DNA of 64,000 nucleotides from an uncultured Acidobacteriota bacterium (GCA_963813155.1 CAWEYG010000001.1:320001-384000); one strand, 5' to 3'; shown: positions 20,511-32,177, counted from the first letter of the stretch. A program made the numbers and translations. The notes: generated by a model not told the origin, from the letters alone.

Positions 20511-21067
20511 GCCGGAAGACGGCTGCGGTTCTTGTGCTTCTCTACGTCGCCGCGGCCGCGGGGGCCCTCTCGCCCGAGCTCGCGAGGTACCGAGCGAAGA
20601 TCGAGCTCGGCCGCTGCGAAAACGCGCTGCTCATTTCGACCCAGCTCGATCCGGAGCAGCAGCGACGGCTGCTTCCCGCCGTGCGCGACGCTCTCCACTC
20701 GGTCGCCGGCCGGCTGCCCAACGACGTCCGGCCCGCGTACCTCCTCGGCACGAGCGCGCTGCTGCTCGGGGAACCGGGAGAAGCGATCGAGCAGCTTCGG
20801 TGGGCGCTCGCGATCGAGGAGCGCCCGGAAACAGACCTCAACCTGAGCCGGGCCCACGCCGCGGCCGGGGACGCGGACGCCGCCGCCCAGGACGCGCTGC
20901 GCGCGATCTGGCTCTCTCCTTCTCTCCACCGCAACCTCCCTCCGTCGGACGAGAGCGCGACCCTCGAGCGGATCAAGGATCTCCAGCGCGATCTCGCAGC
21001 GGGGTCAGCCGAAGCGATTCCGCCCCTCGCCCCGTCAGATGCCGCGGCGGGTCAGGACCACCGGTAG
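20507..21067 (+). CDS. membrane-anchored TPR-like protein
   Basis: GTG start overlapping upstream TGA; C-terminal part of ORF 19292..21067 (VSRKTAAVLVLLYV..AYLLGTSALLLGEPGEAIEQLRWALAIE). Confidence 0.7.
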   Translation: MSRKTAAVLVLLYVAAAAGALSPELARYRAKIELGRCENALLISTQLDPEQQRRLLPAVRDALHSVAGRLPNDVRPAYLLGTSALLLGEPGEAIEQLRWALAIEERPETDLNLSRAHAAAGDADAAAQDALRAIWLSPSLHRNLPPSDESATLERIKDLQRDLAAGSAEAIPPLAPSDAAAGQDHR

Positions 21068-22414
21068 CGTCCGGGCGAGGATGACGAGGTCGAGCCCGAG
21101 CGACCAGCTGTTGATGTACCCGAGGTCGTATCGCAGCTTGATCCGGGCGGGCGTCTCGTACTCGCCGGAAACCTGGGCAAGCCCCGTGAGGCCCGGCCGC
21201 ACGGCGAAGCGCAGCGCATAGCCGGGAATCTCGCGCTCGAACAGTCCGACGAATTCGGGCCGTTCCGGCCTCGGGCCGACGAGGCTCATCTCCCCGCCGA
21301 GCACGTTGAAAAGCTGGGGAATCTCGTCGATCCGCGAACCGCGGAGCCAGCGACCGACCCGGGTGACGCGCGGATCGTTTCTCGCGGCGAGCACCGCCCC
21401 GGTCTCGTCCTCGGCCCCGGCCTGCATCGTGCGCAGCTTCCGAAGCCGAAACACGACGCCGCCGCGGCCGACCCTCGGCTGGGTGTAGAAGACCGGCGCA
21501 CCCGACGTCAGGCGAATCAACAACAACGAGAGAAGAAGCAGGGGTGAGGTCGCGACCAGGATCGCGCCGGCCGTTGCCACGTCGAAGCCGCGCTTGGCCC
21601 AGGCGGCCGCCCCCTGCGGCGCGGCCGTCCGCACTTCCAGGAGGGGCAACTCGCCGAGAGGTCGGAAGCGGAGCCGTCCGATCAGCGTCTCGTACGGGGA
21701 AGGCAGAGACCACAGGGAGGATCTCCCGGTCAGCGCCAGATGCTCGATCGCCTGGTCGCGAAACAGTTTCTCCGTCGCGGCGAACAGGACGTGATCGCTT
21801 TCCGTCTCCGCGATGACGCGATCGAGATCGGCCTGGTCCCGGAGGGAAAAGATCCCCGGCTCCGCGGGCAGGCCGGGCGGCGAGGCGATGCCCGACACGT
21901 CGATCCCGGACTGGGGAAAGCGGCCGATCGCGTGCGCGAGCATCCTCCCCTCTTCGGGCGTCCCGACGATCAGCGCCCGGCCGCGGGCGCCGGCCGTCGC
22001 CACGCGCCGCACGAGAGTGCGGTGGATCGCCAGCAGGAGCCCGTCGATGCCGAGGTAGAGGACGAGCACGCTGCGGGGAAGGCGGAGCCGGTCGTCGAAG
22101 AACACGATCGTCGAGAAAATCATCACCTCGACGAAAAGAGCCGCGGTCAGGCGCCGGGCGAGACTCGCCGCAATTCGACCCCGCCACGTCGAGAATCCCA
22201 GGAGCGACATCGAGAACACCTGCACCGCCGCGGCGAGAATGGCGAACGCCGCGGTGATCCGAAAATTCTGCGGCGGCAGGAGGGAAACGGTGAACGGCAG
22301 CGAGAACGAGAGGCGGATTTCGCGCGCCAGCCAGATCGCGGCGATCGCCGCGATCGCGTCGCCCGCGACCGCCCACCAGCGAATCCCGAGTCGATCGATT
22401 GTGCGGCTTTGCAT
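21035..22414 (-). CDS. polyprenyl-phosphate glycosylphosphotransferase (WcaJ/WbaP-like priming sugar transferase)
   Basis: Four N-terminal TMs; KRGFD, KLRTM, DPRVTRVGRWLR..IDEIPQLFNVL.GEMSLVGPRPE, RPGLTGLAQV. Confidence 0.93.
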   Translation of the reverse strand: MQSRTIDRLGIRWWAVAGDAIAAIAAIWLAREIRLSFSLPFTVSLLPPQNFRITAAFAILAAAVQVFSMSLLGFSTWRGRIAASLARRLTAALFVEVMIFSTIVFFDDRLRLPRSVLVLYLGIDGLLLAIHRTLVRRVATAGARGRALIVGTPEEGRMLAHAIGRFPQSGIDVSGIASPPGLPAEPGIFSLRDQADLDRVIAETESDHVLFAATEKLFRDQAIEHLALTGRSSLWSLPSPYETLIGRLRFRPLGELPLLEVRTAAPQGAAAWAKRGFDVATAGAILVATSPLLLLSLLLIRLTSGAPVFYTQPRVGRGGVVFRLRKLRTMQAGAEDETGAVLAARNDPRVTRVGRWLRGSRIDEIPQLFNVLGGEMSLVGPRPERPEFVGLFEREIPGYALRFAVRPGLTGLAQVSGEYETPARIKLRYDLGYINSWSLGLDLVILARTLPVVLTRRGI

Positions 22415-22490
22415 TGGCGCCGCCCATTATTCACGAATGGCGCGCGCCGTCCACTTTCCGGCCGGATGTCCCGCGGTTCGACCCGGGCCC

Positions 22491-23606
22491 TCAGTGTTTT
22501 TCGGGCATCTCTGGCATCGCGAAGATCGCGTCGTCGACCGGAATGTTCTGACGAACCTCGCTGAAGGTCTGAGTTTCGCGAAAATTCGGCCCGACTCGGA
22601 CGAGAGTGAACGGGAACATTTCTTCTCCGGCCCGGCGATAGTCCCGGTAATCCGTTTGATCCGGAATCGGACCGAGAGGCGTACCGATGATCGTCTTCCG
22701 GCGAACCAGAAGGCCGGTCTCGGCGTCGAAATCGAGGGTTTCCCGGTAGCCGTCCTTCGCAACGCCCGCGAGAGAGTAAGCCTTGCGACCTCCGATGATC
22801 TCGCTTCCGGTGACCGCGACTGTCGCGAACTGGTTTTTCAGATCGAGCGGAAATGAAAACACCGCTTTTCGGCGGACCTGAACCAACTCGTCCTCCCCCA
22901 TCGGTCCCCCTTCGTCGGTGCCGCGATCCCATCCGATTTTCCCGTCGTAGCCGCGGCGAAGGGTCTCGCCGTTCGCGAAGGTCGACGTCACGAGCCATGA
23001 ATTCGGCGCTTTCTGTCGCACCTCGAACGCAACTTTTTCGTCTTGATCGCCCGCGACGCCCCGAAACTGCCGCGTCGTGATCCGGGAGAGCGCCTCACGG
23101 CCTCCCGCGGCCGCGAGATATTTCTCGAACACGGCCTCCACCGTCGGGAGCGCGGCGGCGGGGTCCGAGGCCGCGGGCGGCGCGAAATCTTCCGCGCGCA
23201 GAGGAGGCGCATCGGACGGCTTGATCTGACCCTGGTGACAGGTCGCGCAGGTGACGCGTTGCTTCCCGCCGAAATTCGACGCGTTGATTGCCCGAACCAT
23301 CGCAATCATCTCGCGAGCCCGCCGCTTGGCCGGCTTGTCGTCTTTCTGCATCGGCCACCGGCCTTTCTCGGTCGTCACGTGGCAATGCTCGCACCGCGTT
23401 CCGAGCGCCGCCGTCATGAAGTTCATCGCGCTCATCAGCTGCGTCGAAGGCAGCGTCTGAAAGACCTTGATGTTCTTGAAATACTTTTCCGACGGAACGT
23501 CGTCCGCCGGCTTCTTCCGGGGCTCCGCCGCGCGAAGCGCGCCGGAGATCATCGTGAACATCAACCCGATCCGCGCCGCCGAACCCGGAATCGATTTCAG
23601 CTTCAT
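22491..23606 (-). CDS. diheme c-type cytochrome (PufC-like N-terminus) fused to a beta-rich C-terminal domain
   Basis: Signal peptide; FKNIKV..LMSAMNFM..CEHCH; DDKPAKRRAREMIAM..VTCATCHQG; GAGGAG SD before ATG 23606. Confidence 0.85.
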   Translation of the reverse strand: MKLKSIPGSAARIGLMFTMISGALRAAEPRKKPADDVPSEKYFKNIKVFQTLPSTQLMSAMNFMTAALGTRCEHCHVTTEKGRWPMQKDDKPAKRRAREMIAMVRAINASNFGGKQRVTCATCHQGQIKPSDAPPLRAEDFAPPAASDPAAALPTVEAVFEKYLAAAGGREALSRITTRQFRGVAGDQDEKVAFEVRQKAPNSWLVTSTFANGETLRRGYDGKIGWDRGTDEGGPMGEDELVQVRRKAVFSFPLDLKNQFATVAVTGSEIIGGRKAYSLAGVAKDGYRETLDFDAETGLLVRRKTIIGTPLGPIPDQTDYRDYRRAGEEMFPFTLVRVGPNFRETQTFSEVRQNIPVDDAIFAMPEMPEKH

Positions 23607-23666
23607 TTCGAGCTCCTCTTCGAACGCGATGAGACACCCGTTTCCGGGCGCGGCCAATGCTTTCGG

Positions 23667-23697
23667 GACGAATCGCCGCCGGGGAGTGACGAACCGC
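23667..23697 (-). promoter_or_regulatory. LytTR-type direct repeat operator (GCGGTTCGTC / GCGATTCGTC, 21-bp period)
   Basis: Two 10-mers exactly 21 bp apart between the LytTR regulator gene and the cytochrome gene; resembles the AlgR site CCGTTCGTC. Confidence 0.7.
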
Positions 23698-23718
23698 GCC
23701 GCCGGCGTGATCGCCCGC

Positions 23719-24489
23719 TCAGCGAACGCCGGTCAGCTTTCTCTCGAGCGCGAGGCGATGGCCGCGGCTCACGGTGATTCGGGAACCGTCCCGGAGAACC
23801 GCCGCGTATTCACCGCGAAACATCGGCTCCAATTCCCGGATTCGCTCGATGTTGACGATGGCGCATCGGTGGACGCGGGCGAATTTCTCGGGATCGAGCC
23901 GGCTCTCCACGCTCGCCATCGTCTCGCGGATCAGGTGTGACGCCGCTCCGACATGAAGGCGCACGTAATTCCCGGCGGCTTCGATCCAATCGATCTCTTC
24001 GGAACGGACGAAGACGACTCGTCCCGAGGCTTTCACGAGGAACCGCCGCGCATTCCTGCGGGCGGGTTGGGCGTCCTCGAGCCAGCCGAAGAGCCGGGAA
24101 AGGTGGTCGGCGGCTCCCCGGCGCACCGCTTCCTTGGCGCGCCTCAAGGTCTCCTCGAAACGCGCCCGATGAAACGGTTTGAGGAGATAGTCGAGGGCGT
24201 GAATCTCGAACGCCTTGACGGCGTATCGATCGTAGGCGGTGACGAAGATGACGACCGGCAGCCGGGGCATCCGGAGCGACTCGAGGACGGAGAATCCGTC
24301 GAGCCCGGGCATTCGAATGTCGAGGAACAGGAGGTCGGGCTCCGCTCTTTCGATCGCCTTCACGGCCGCTCGCCCGTCGGAGGCTTCCGCGACGACCTCG
24401 ATGTCCGCGTCGCGACCGAGAAGATTTCGAAGGCGCTCGCGGGCGAGCGGTTCGTCGTCGACGATCACCGCTCGAATTCTCGCCTTCAT
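23719..24489 (-). CDS. LytTR family DNA-binding response regulator
   Basis: VIVDDEPLAR, FLDIRMPGLDG, FVTAY, DYLLKPF; LytTR domain IDWIEAAGNYV..FARVHRCAIVN..VSR. Confidence 0.93.
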   Translation of the reverse strand: MKARIRAVIVDDEPLARERLRNLLGRDADIEVVAEASDGRAAVKAIERAEPDLLFLDIRMPGLDGFSVLESLRMPRLPVVIFVTAYDRYAVKAFEIHALDYLLKPFHRARFEETLRRAKEAVRRGAADHLSRLFGWLEDAQPARRNARRFLVKASGRVVFVRSEEIDWIEAAGNYVRLHVGAASHLIRETMASVESRLDPEKFARVHRCAIVNIERIRELEPMFRGEYAAVLRDGSRITVSRGHRLALERKLTGVR

Positions 24490-25569
24490 CCGGCCACGCG
24501 CATCGGGATCGCCACGGCGACGGAAAACACTCCATCGGTGCCGACGCCGTACTCGAAACGAGTGGTCCCCGGGGTAGAGCTCTTCGAGCCGCGCCCGCGT
24601 CGACCGGAAGCCGATCCCCTCCCGAATGTCTCCATTTCCCGGAATCGCCGGATCCTCGCCGCCGTCTCGAACGCCGAGGCAAAGGCGGCCGTCCTGACGC
24701 CCCGATCGGATCTCGATCCAGCCCGGAGTCTGGCGGCGCGAGATGCCGTGCTTGACCGCGTTCTCGACGAGCGGTTGGAGGATCAGGCTCGGCACCAGGG
24801 CGTCGAGCGTCTCCGGCTCGATGGACAGGTTCACGGTCAGCCGGTCGGCGAACCGGGTGCGCTCGATCGAGAGATAGCGTTCGACGAGCTCGAGCTCGCG
24901 CCGTACCGTGACTTCCCCCTGGTCGACGTCCTCGAGCGCAAGGCGCAGGAGATCGCTCAGGTCGGCGATCATCCGATCGGCGGCCTCGGGATCCTTGACG
25001 ACGAGGGCCGAGATCGCGTGCAGCGTGTTGAACAGAAAGTGGGGCTGCAGCTGTGCGCGCAGGGCGTGAAGCCTCGCCTTCGCGAGCTCCGATTCGAGCC
25101 GGGAGGCGTGGAGCTGGCTGACGCGATAGCGGCGGCCGAAATCGACGGCTTGCGTCCCGAACAGGACCGCAAAATAAACGATGACGCCCACCATGAAATA
25201 GAAGGAAAAGACGTTTTCGGAAAAGGACGTGAAAAAGTGGCACGGGCGATCCTTCCGCTCGAACACGCACCCCTGCAGAATGTAGAGAGCCTGGTGGAGA
25301 GCGGAGATCAGCCCGGCGGCGGGAACGTGAACCACCGCGGCGCGAACCGCATGGGCCCGGTCGATCGGAACGCGGCGTGCCAGGGCCGCAATCGCGGGCA
25401 CGAGAAGCGCCCAGAGGTACCAGAACGGAAACGCCGACGCGAGGATCTGCGACCAGACGATCTCCCGCTTCGACTGCGAGTAGATGACGTAGAGCTGCGC
25501 CGCGAAGAGGAGCCCCAGCAACGTGGCGATGCCCAGGATCAGGAAGATGCCCGCCCATCGCCGCTTCAT
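24486..25569 (-). CDS. LytS/YehU family sensor histidine kinase, apparent +1 frameshift at ~24557
   Basis: TM helices; LRAQLQPHFLFNTLH, LQPLVENAVKHG; removing one T gives HSFEYGVGTDGVFSVAVAIPMRVAG-stop with ATGA overlap onto the regulator. Confidence 0.88.
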
Positions 25570-25614
25570 CGAGGGCGGTTATACACCCGGCGTGTTTCCT
25601 TCGATCCGAAGAAC

Positions 25615-25642
25615 AAAAAAAGCCCCGGCTTTCGCCGGGGCT
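25615..25642 (-). terminator. intrinsic terminator of groESL
   Basis: AGCCCCGGC-GAAA-GCCGGGGCT followed by a T run on the minus strand; a second hairpin lies just after the groEL stop (~25665-25691). Confidence 0.9.
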
Positions 25643-25695
25643 GAGTCTTCAACCGGTGGAAGGTTCGGAAACCCGCCAGTCGGGTTTCCGAGTTA

Positions 25696-27652
<1,957 letters not shown>

Positions 27653-27704
27653 ACCCTGTCTCCTTTCGATTGTGACGGATTGAGAATCTCGGTGTTCGTG
27701 ACTG

Positions 27705-27731
27705 TTAGCACTCAATCTTTTCGAGTGCTAA
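27705..27731. promoter_or_regulatory. CIRCE element (HrcA operator)
   Basis: Perfect TTAGCACTC-N9-GAGTGCTAA upstream of groES. Confidence 0.97.
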
Positions 27732-27759
27732 TCGTGCCAGAGGCCGGGCGGAGTGTCAA
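27731..27759 (-). promoter_or_regulatory. sigma70 promoter of groESL
   Basis: TTGACA-N17-CACGAT on the minus strand, directly upstream of CIRCE. Confidence 0.75.
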
Positions 27760-27788
27760 TAGCCTCTATACCAATTAGATTCAATAGG

Positions 27789-29024
27789 TTATGAAATATC
27801 TGAGCGGCGGGGGCGCAGGAACAGGAAAACGAGAGCGCCCGCAAACATGACTGCCTGAACGGCCGTGGAGCTCGCGGGAAGGCGCCGGATCCCTCCCGGA
27901 AGGAGCAGAAAGTCGACTCCGACCTTCAGGAGCAGCGGGACGAGCGCGAGAGCGAAGAGCCGGCCGGCCGCGTTGCGCGAAGCGAGGATCGCCGCCGCGA
28001 AAACGGTCGGAGCCAGAAAGACGAGAAACGGCGACAGCGCGGCGACGATGCCCGCAGCCGAATCGAATTCCGGCCCGTAGGCCAGACGAACCATTCTCTT
28101 CCCTTCCAGCCGCACGAGGAGAGCGAGGCCCCCTCCGAGCCCGAGAAACCCGAGAAGGGACGCGCCGATCTCTCGCCGGCCGAGGAGGCTCCTGCGCGAG
28201 AGAGCGGGAAAGAGCGCCGCCGCGATCGTCACGGGAACGAGACCGACGCCGAGCACGAGGGTCGCGGCGGCCGCGTAGTCGGCGGTCGCCGCGGCGTCCC
28301 CCGTGAGGCGACGGATCAGGACGACGTCGGTCCGCAGCAGAAGGACCCCCGCCAGCGCCGGCAATCCGAGGGGCGCGGCGCGGACCGCCGCGGAGAGCCA
28401 CCCGGGCGGCCACTTCCACCGGAAACCGGGGAAGACCCTGCGAAAGACCACCAGGGTGAGAGCGAAGAACGCCGCCGCCGCCACGGCAAGCGTCGCGCTG
28501 ACCGAAACGAGCCCCGGCCGGAAGCGCATCGAGGCGAACACGACCGCGAGGAGACCCGCCGCTTCGGCGCTCCGCAGGGCGAACTCCTTCCAGATCACGT
28601 CGGCGGCCCGAAAAGCCGCGGCGAGGAAAGCCGTCAACGCGCGAAAGAGAGCGAAGAGGCCGACGACGAAGACGACGGCAGAATCCGTGCGCTGCGCGAC
28701 CGCGACGGCGGCGAGCAGCAGGAGGGTGGCCGCGGCCGAGGCCGCGCGCAACGGAAAGAACTCCGAGAGAGCGGGGATCACGCCTTCTCCCGCGGAAGCT
28801 CCCTTGCGAACGAACGCCTCCAGGAGGCCGATACCGCCGGCCGGGACCACGATCATCGCGAGGGAAAACGCGTAAGCGAAAATGCCGTACTGTTGCCGGC
28901 CGAGCGCCCGAGCCAGAAGAAACTGGAGCACGACGTTGCCCCCCCGCACGGCGGCCTCGGCGAGCCCGAGCCAGAAGACCGACGAAGCGTGACGGGCCAG
29001 TCCGTCTTTCTTCTTGTTATCCAT
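27789..29024 (-). CDS. Wzx-like oligosaccharide flippase
   Basis: About 12 TMs; LARALG..YGIFAYA; TDVVLI; LFPALSR; YGPEF. Confidence 0.85.
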   Translation of the reverse strand: MDNKKKDGLARHASSVFWLGLAEAAVRGGNVVLQFLLARALGRQQYGIFAYAFSLAMIVVPAGGIGLLEAFVRKGASAGEGVIPALSEFFPLRAASAAATLLLLAAVAVAQRTDSAVVFVVGLFALFRALTAFLAAAFRAADVIWKEFALRSAEAAGLLAVVFASMRFRPGLVSVSATLAVAAAAFFALTLVVFRRVFPGFRWKWPPGWLSAAVRAAPLGLPALAGVLLLRTDVVLIRRLTGDAAATADYAAAATLVLGVGLVPVTIAAALFPALSRRSLLGRREIGASLLGFLGLGGGLALLVRLEGKRMVRLAYGPEFDSAAGIVAALSPFLVFLAPTVFAAAILASRNAAGRLFALALVPLLLKVGVDFLLLPGGIRRLPASSTAVQAVMFAGALVFLFLRPRRSDIS

Positions 29025-30164
29025 TCGACAGCGACCGCACCCGGGACGCCCATTCCTCGCCGATCCGGTCCCAGGAATGCGATGCGAGGATCTGCGCGCT
29101 CGCGCTTTCGCTCCCGTCCCGGCGGCGCTCCTCGGACCGCGCCCGGTATTCGCGAACGGCCGCGTCGGCCTCCTGCACGTCGTCCGCGAACAGGGTCGCG
29201 GGAGGCTTCTCGAGAACGATCTCCCTCGTGCGAGTCGCGAGAACGGGCACGCCGAGAGCGAGCGATTCGAAGAGCTTCAGGGGCGAGGCGCCGTGGCCGA
29301 CGGGATCGCGCGTGAACGGGCAGAGACTGAGATCGCACCCGGCGAGCCGGGCGAGCGCCTCCGCGTGCGCGAGCGGCCCCGTCAATTCGATGTTCCCGAT
29401 CCGGCGCCGGGCGACGCGGTCGCGAACCTCGCGCCACCGCCGTCCTCCCCCGATCAGGAGAAAGTGGGCGTCCGGCAGCCGCGCCGCCAGGCCGAGAACC
29501 AACTCGAAGTCGATGAAATATTCGAACGACCCGAGGAACCCGATCCGAAAACCTGCCGGGCGCGGCGAAGCGGATCGGCGAGCGAGCCCGATTTCCGCCG
29601 GATCCACGCCGTTCGGGACGAGCACCGCGCGCGGGCCGAGCCGCGGCAGCATTTCGCGGGAAGGCGTCGTCACGAGAGAGGCGCGCCGGAGCATCGCGGA
29701 GAGCGTCCGGCGGGCGAGGGGCTCCAGGAGAGGGCCGGCGGCGCCCGCCTCGTGGCGAAGCATCGCGGGCAGATCGTCCGCGACGTCGAAACACACGGGA
29801 ACGCGCCCGCCGAGCAGGGATCGATCTGCGTCAGGTTGTAGACGAGGAGGGCATCCGGAGGCTCGGTCGCGACGATCGCGCGAACCCGGCGGTTCGCGAA
29901 ATACGAGTACGCCCCCTTCTTGACGATCTTGTCGAACGGAAGCCATTGCTCCCAGAATGGACGCCAGACCGGCACCTCCTCGACGCGAAACCGGTCGGGA
30001 AAGTCGAAAGCGATTTCGTGGAAATTCGTCTCGCTCGAGTTTCGCGCGGGCGGCTGGAGAAACCGCACGGAATCTCCGGCGCGGGCCCGCGCGAGGAGCA
30101 GCTGCTGATAACGGCTCCAGTTCGCCGTCCGCGCGCGCGCCAGATAGGGAAAGAGAATTATCAC
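29017..30164 (-). CDS. GT4-like glycosyltransferase, apparent frameshift at ~29825
   Basis: N-terminus in ORF 29670..30164 (to LLVYNLTQ); C-terminus in ORF 29017..29946 (VCFDVADD, VPNGVD, GFLGS, PLKLFESLALGVPV). Confidence 0.8.
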
Positions 30165-30171
30165 TCGCGCA

Positions 30172-31203
30172 CTAGTGCCGCGCCGAAAGCCACTCCCGGC
30201 GCGCGGCGAAGGACCGGACGACGCCCCCCACCCACATCGCCGGATAGAGGGGCGAGCACAACACGGCCGGGAGATAGAACATCGGCCGGTCCACGAGCCC
30301 CAGGCCGCCGAACAGAACCGCGAGGTCCTTCGCGACGAACAGCGAGAAGACGATTCGAAGCACGACGACCCCGGGGGCCGCCGGAAGGAAGAACAGGCCC
30401 GCGAGAATCAGCAGCCGAACCGAAAAGAAGAGAGAACGCGGCTTGCAGAAGAGCGTCAGCACGAGCGTTGCTCCCTCCGCCGACCGCGAGAGCGCGAGGA
30501 TCTCGCGGCGCCGGGAGACGAGAGCCGACGCGTTTCCGGCGAGCCACCTCGCCCTTTGCGCGATGACTCCGCGCGTGTCGGCCGGCTTCGGATCGCGAAC
30601 GGAAGCGGACAACCGGCGAACGCGGACGCCTTCGGCGGCGAGAAGAATCGTCAGCTCGAGATCCTCGACGAATGTCTCGCAGCGGGAAAGCCCGCGCTCC
30701 AGAAGCTCGCGCGAAAGCACCATTCCCGTTCCGCGAAGAGGAACTCCCCACCCGAGCCGCTCGCGAAAGCGATCGGAAATCTTCTGGGACACGATCTCGG
30801 AATACGCCGCGAGCCGGGAGACGAGGGAACGGTTCGGGACGGGGTCGACGTATCCCTGGAGCGCGGCCTCTCCTGGGACGGAGGCGGCCTCGGCCTCGGC
30901 CTCGGCGAGAAAATTCGCGGAGGGGAGGGAATCGGCATCAAAGACGGCGACGGTTTCGGCGGCCTCGCCCTTCACTTCGGCGAGGGCGTGCAAGAGGGCC
31001 CCCCGCTTGCCCGGGCCGACGCGCTCGTCGGCGCGCTCGACGACGAGCGCCCCGAAGGAGGCCGCGAGCTCGAGCGTCCCGTCGGTGCAGCGGTCGGCGA
31101 TCACGACGAGCCGATCCTTCCCGGGGCGGACCATGTCCCGAAATCGCGGAAGCGATTCCTTCAAGCACTCCGCGTCGTTGTGGCTGGGGACGAGAATCAG
31201 CAC
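30172..31203 (-). CDS. GT2 family glycosyltransferase with C-terminal TM helices
   Basis: ILVPSHND, ADRCTDGT, GKRGAL, FDADS, EDLE, QRARW; GTG start 6 nt after CATAAT. Confidence 0.88.
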   Translation of the reverse strand: MLILVPSHNDAECLKESLPRFRDMVRPGKDRLVVIADRCTDGTLELAASFGALVVERADERVGPGKRGALLHALAEVKGEAAETVAVFDADSLPSANFLAEAEAEAASVPGEAALQGYVDPVPNRSLVSRLAAYSEIVSQKISDRFRERLGWGVPLRGTGMVLSRELLERGLSRCETFVEDLELTILLAAEGVRVRRLSASVRDPKPADTRGVIAQRARWLAGNASALVSRRREILALSRSAEGATLVLTLFCKPRSLFFSVRLLILAGLFFLPAAPGVVVLRIVFSLFVAKDLAVLFGGLGLVDRPMFYLPAVLCSPLYPAMWVGGVVRSFAARREWLSARH

Positions 31204-31309
31204 GCGCAGATTATGACCCGAACCGAGAATGCGCTCGCTCGGCCCGAACCGCAGCTCAGCCCCAGCGCCGGTCTCGGCAAGTCTCTTCGACCCTCGGCCG
31301 CAGTTCGCT

Positions 31310-31379
31310 TTCCCTCGAACCCCCTCACCCGGCCTTCGGCCACCCTCTCCCTCAAGGGGAGAGGGGAGTTCGAGGGGAA
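31310..31379. repeat. REP-like palindromic element (CCCCTCACCCGG-hairpin-CCACCCTCTCCC..GGGAGAGGG)
   Basis: Two nested hairpins plus flanking CCCTCGAAC/GTTCGAGGG; related copy in opposite orientation at 62082-62132. Confidence 0.75.
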
Positions 31380-31581
31380 ACATCCCCTCGGTTTGACATG
31401 CGTGGCCGCCGGACCTTCGTGCGCGAAGCGCGCGGCCGCGCCAGCCTGCGCCGGCGCGTTGACCCCGGCTGCGTTCGAGCCTTCGCTCGGACGGGCGGCG
31501 CGGGCGGGCGGCCCGGGAGGAGACCCCTTTTGCCGCTCGCGGCGCGGAGTCGTAGCAAAGTCCTCCAATCGCAGCGAGCGG

Positions 31582-31614
31582 AAAAGCGGGTCGAGTCCCG
31601 TGACAGGACCCGCC
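31582..31614 (-). terminator. possible terminator after ferritin-like gene
   Basis: GCGGGTC...GACCCGC-TTTT on the minus strand just downstream of the stop at 31632. Confidence 0.5.
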
Positions 31615-31631
31615 CGCTAAAGGGCCTTGCC

Positions 31632-32177
31632 TCAGTTCTGGATCAAGCGGAATGAAGGGACCACGTCGCGCCCGAGCACGGAGCGCAGCACCGTCGCGTG
31701 GAGGACTTCGTCGCTCAGGATCTTGGCCGCCCCTTCGGACAGCGCGCGGTCGTTGAACTTCGGCACGACCGACAGGTACGCGCGAGCCGCGCCGACCTCC
31801 AGGGTGAACGCCAGCTGAAGAACGTCCTTCTCGTCCTTGAGCGCAACGCCCCACGTGTACTTCTCCGAAGGCAGGACGGGATGGCCGCCCTTCTGCCGGA
31901 TGATCTTGGTCAGGAGATCCCGGTGGCCTTCGTGGCTTCCCTGGAACAGCAGGCCGACTTCGGCCGCCTTTTCGGACAGCAACCCGCTCTTTCCGGCGAG
32001 GCCGTAAGCGTAGATCGCCTCGTGCTCGAGGCCGAGGGCGATGTTCAGGATGTCCACGTCGTCCAGGGGGGCGCCGGGGGGACGGGGTGTCGCGCCCGCT
32101 GCCGCGAGGAGTCCCGACGCGCCCACGGCGGTGGCCGCAAATCCACTGACCAGGAGTGTCCGGCGATCGACAGGCAT
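31632..32177 (-). CDS. Tat-exported ferritin-like domain protein
   Basis: DRRTLL Tat signal; LNIALGLEHEA..HEGH and LEVGA..DEVLH diiron-type motifs. Confidence 0.85.
   Translation of the reverse strand: MPVDRRTLLVSGFAATAVGASGLLAAAGATPRPPGAPLDDVDILNIALGLEHEAIYAYGLAGKSGLLSEKAAEVGLLFQGSHEGHRDLLTKIIRQKGGHPVLPSEKYTWGVALKDEKDVLQLAFTLEVGAARAYLSVVPKFNDRALSEGAAKILSDEVLHATVLRSVLGRDVVPSFRLIQN

Noticed and set aside
22491-23606. Evidence of phototrophy from the PufC-like cytochrome
   Set aside because: Only two hemes, a different C-terminus, and no reaction-centre or bch genes in the window
23719-25569. Novel 616-aa fused LytS kinase-LytTR regulator
   Set aside because: Junction (RVRRRHRWSVFRRRGDPDARGR) is off-frame text; removing one base restores two normal genes with an ATGA overlap
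31455-31500. Loose resemblance to a c-di-GMP-I riboswitch
   Set aside because: Lacks GGCAAAC, a GNRA tetraloop and the tetraloop receptor
31540-31620. Possible tRNA (GTCGAGTCCC resembles a T-loop)
   Set aside because: No acceptor stem, D-arm or anticodon arm; better explained as a minus-strand terminator
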